Shown here in pieces: positions 61,826 through 64,000 of a stretch of 64,000 nt of DNA. Source of the DNA: Mytilus edulis (Eukaryota). The notes below the pieces were generated by a model, which was not told the origin of the DNA, did no database searches, and was given only the letters and a program-made list of their open reading frames with translations. Both the position numbers and the translations under genes were made by a program. The DNA is taken from contig NC_092355.1 of the NCBI RefSeq assembly GCF_963676685.1, positions 52,700,001 to 52,764,000 of the forward strand, written 5' to 3'. Within the stretch, counting starts at the first letter, position 1. Each line of letters starts with the position of its first letter.

Positions 61826-62577
61826 GGATGTACACATCTGAGGAGCCAAACATTTCTAGAATTACACTTTTTTTTCTTAACCTGATTTTAGGGTTTATAA
61901 GACTGTAACACAATAATTGGTGAAGAAAAAATCATATGGTGGTGCACTTCTTGTTTTGCTACGGCCCTTTGAAAATGCCCAATTTTGATGATTTTCCAAT
62001 TTTTCATCGTTTTCACCTATTTTGGGACTATTAGGGTGAAAAAAATCACAGTTCTATTTTTTTCATTCTTCCTATAAAGATGAAGTGGACCAATCTGAAT
62101 AATTTTTACTTTAAAAAACTTCAGGTAGGTGTTAATATAAAAAATGTTTTATAATATTTTGACGCTTTTTGTTTAAAATTTACCATGCTGTCAATTTTCT
62201 ATTTTTGTGATTTTTCTCAGTTTTAAAAACAAAATGCATATTATTTCGACTTTTTTGTTATAAATGATTAAAAAAATGCATATTTAAGAAATTTGAAAAG
62301 ACAACAATTACCAATGATATGGGATGTACATGATTCTTGTAAAATATTTTTTTGTATCCCTTACCCATTTTCTCAAAATTTTGGCTAAAAATACTGACTT
62401 GGTTGGTCGAAAAATTTTAAAACTGGATTACTCAAAAATTGTTCAGTGTAAATACACATTTTTTTCAAAGATTATAATATTTTTTAAAATTCATTGATAT
62501 TTTCCACTTGTTTTACATGTTTGGAAAAATTCAAGAACGAAATTTCAACGATACTGAAAACTCGGAAGAATACATCC
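61826..62577. mobile_element. Kolobok-like MITE, TTAA TSD
   Basis: TTAA|GGATGTA ... TACATCC|TTAA. Confidence 0.7.
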
Positions 62578-62888
62578 TTAAGCGTGACCATGTGTATTTG
62601 CACAATGATATCTCTCTTTAACCTCTTTTTCTATCGTGGTGTTTGCCAAACAGTTGTGCTGGAGATTCATTGTCTTTTATACATGTGACTAGAGGCTGGT
62701 AAAATAAACGGAGCAATATATTATCAAACTGTCGTTTTTCTCCATTATTGAAGCATATGATAAGAAAAAAGAATGTGCCCAAAGTACACGGATGTCACAC
62801 TAGCACTATCATTTTCCATGTTCAGTGGAACGTGAAATTGGGGTCAAAAGTCTAATTTGGCATTAAAATTAGAAAGATCATATCTTAA

Positions 62889-63351
62889 GGTGTAATACCA
62901 CCAAATCATGGTACGCCACATCCGGTTGCATACGAAAGTAGGCCTAAAAAAATATTCCCTTGAATTTGACAGTTGTAGAAAATTAACCCTGCATTTCAAT
63001 GCACTTAAATTTTTCTGAGTCGTAAATATGTATGTTGGATGTCTGAATGCAGCATTCTTTTTTTATTTGATCGTCTTATAAAATATTCTGGAACGTTAAG
63101 GTTACATAGTTACCAAAGCAAGTAACCAGTAAATACAAGTGTAAAAATTGGGTTGTTTACTTCCGGTGATGATTATTTTCTTATATGCAATGAAATGTAG
63201 TGTGAAATTTTCACTGTATCACTGGAAAGGATTAAACTTTACACATGCAAAGTATTTCTTTGGTTGAAATAAAGGTAAATACTGTACAATTTTTTTAAAA
63301 GTGTCAATTTAACAAAGACTAATAGGGAAAAATCAATGGTGGTATTACACC
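62889..63351. mobile_element. ~460-bp MITE inserted in a HINE remnant
   Basis: TIRs GGTGTAATACCACCA / TGGTGGTATTACACC; TTAA at left flank only. Confidence 0.6.
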
Positions 63352-64000
63352 TATTTAGGGAAACCATATGTGCACTCGTGACCTTTTTGTACTTTCATTT
63401 TTAAAAGTTATAAATAAACCAGTTCATACATTGTAAACATGGACAATTCGGAATGGATTTAGACACAGAAATCACGTTTGAGGTAAAATTGCCTTGAAAT
63501 GGGGGTTTACGGGTGTTTTCTAAGTCAAATGGGTGGACAGACAAATCTGTATTTAGTTTACTGTGTTAAATTTTAAATTACCCTTACAGTTTTGTTTATA
63601 CAACATGTGATTTTTTTATTTCAGTGTTAACCATGTTCTGAAGAGCATTCTGTTGAAAAATCTTATATGTGAATTGGTCTGCAGATGACACTTCAGCATT
63701 AAAGTAAGTATCAACTATCATCATGTTTTTTGTTGGTTTTTTTTGGCCGCAAAAGTTTACAATTTGCCATTGTGCCGTCTACATTTTGCACAGACAATAA
63801 ATCATCTAAACACTTATTTGCCCTGGATTTATACACATCAGATACCAGTCTCACATACTTAAACTTTATAATTCTTACCAATTATTTTTTGTACCTGCAT
63901 TCCAAGGGACATAACTCTTTTTAAAACATTTTGAGGTATTTTTTTATTACTCTTTTTCCCCATTTTTTAATGTAAAATACAAGAAAGTTGACTCTTTGTA

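Noticed and set aside
63624-63702. Isolated exon-like segment (tttcAG ... GTAAGT); similar case on minus at ~1972-2064
   Set aside because: Good splice signals but no recognisable coding content or partner exons; unsupported without RNA data

Overview
AT-rich, repeat-dense animal genomic DNA; the repeat families and gene content suggest a bivalve, probably Mytilus-like (inference). Host genes: a co-oriented minus-strand cluster of cGAS-like receptors (Mab-21/cGLR). It has two intact copies with single-exon CDSs (11921-13747, 33563-35368) in a ~6-kb segmental duplication sharing a predicted non-coding exon 1 and TATA promoter, plus an unannotated pseudogene fragment (~7.7-8.1 kb). The rest is layered mobile DNA: Gypsy and BEL gag relics, two CR1/L2-type LINE relics, an RT-deleted DIRS/Ngaro element, an AcademX element with a 3-bp TSD, Helitron/Helentron derivatives, MITEs, fold-back elements and two minisatellites. 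The main finding is a near-intact Naiad-type Penelope-like retroelement (58060-61800, minus). Its GIY-YIG and RT ORFs are one ~900-codon frame with two in-frame UGA codons at family-conserved Cys positions, followed by a well-formed SECIS. Further 3' is a type-P5 twister-ribozyme-like motif whose pairings co-vary in a second repeat family in this window, with two palindromes in place of P1. All calls were made by eye without tools.
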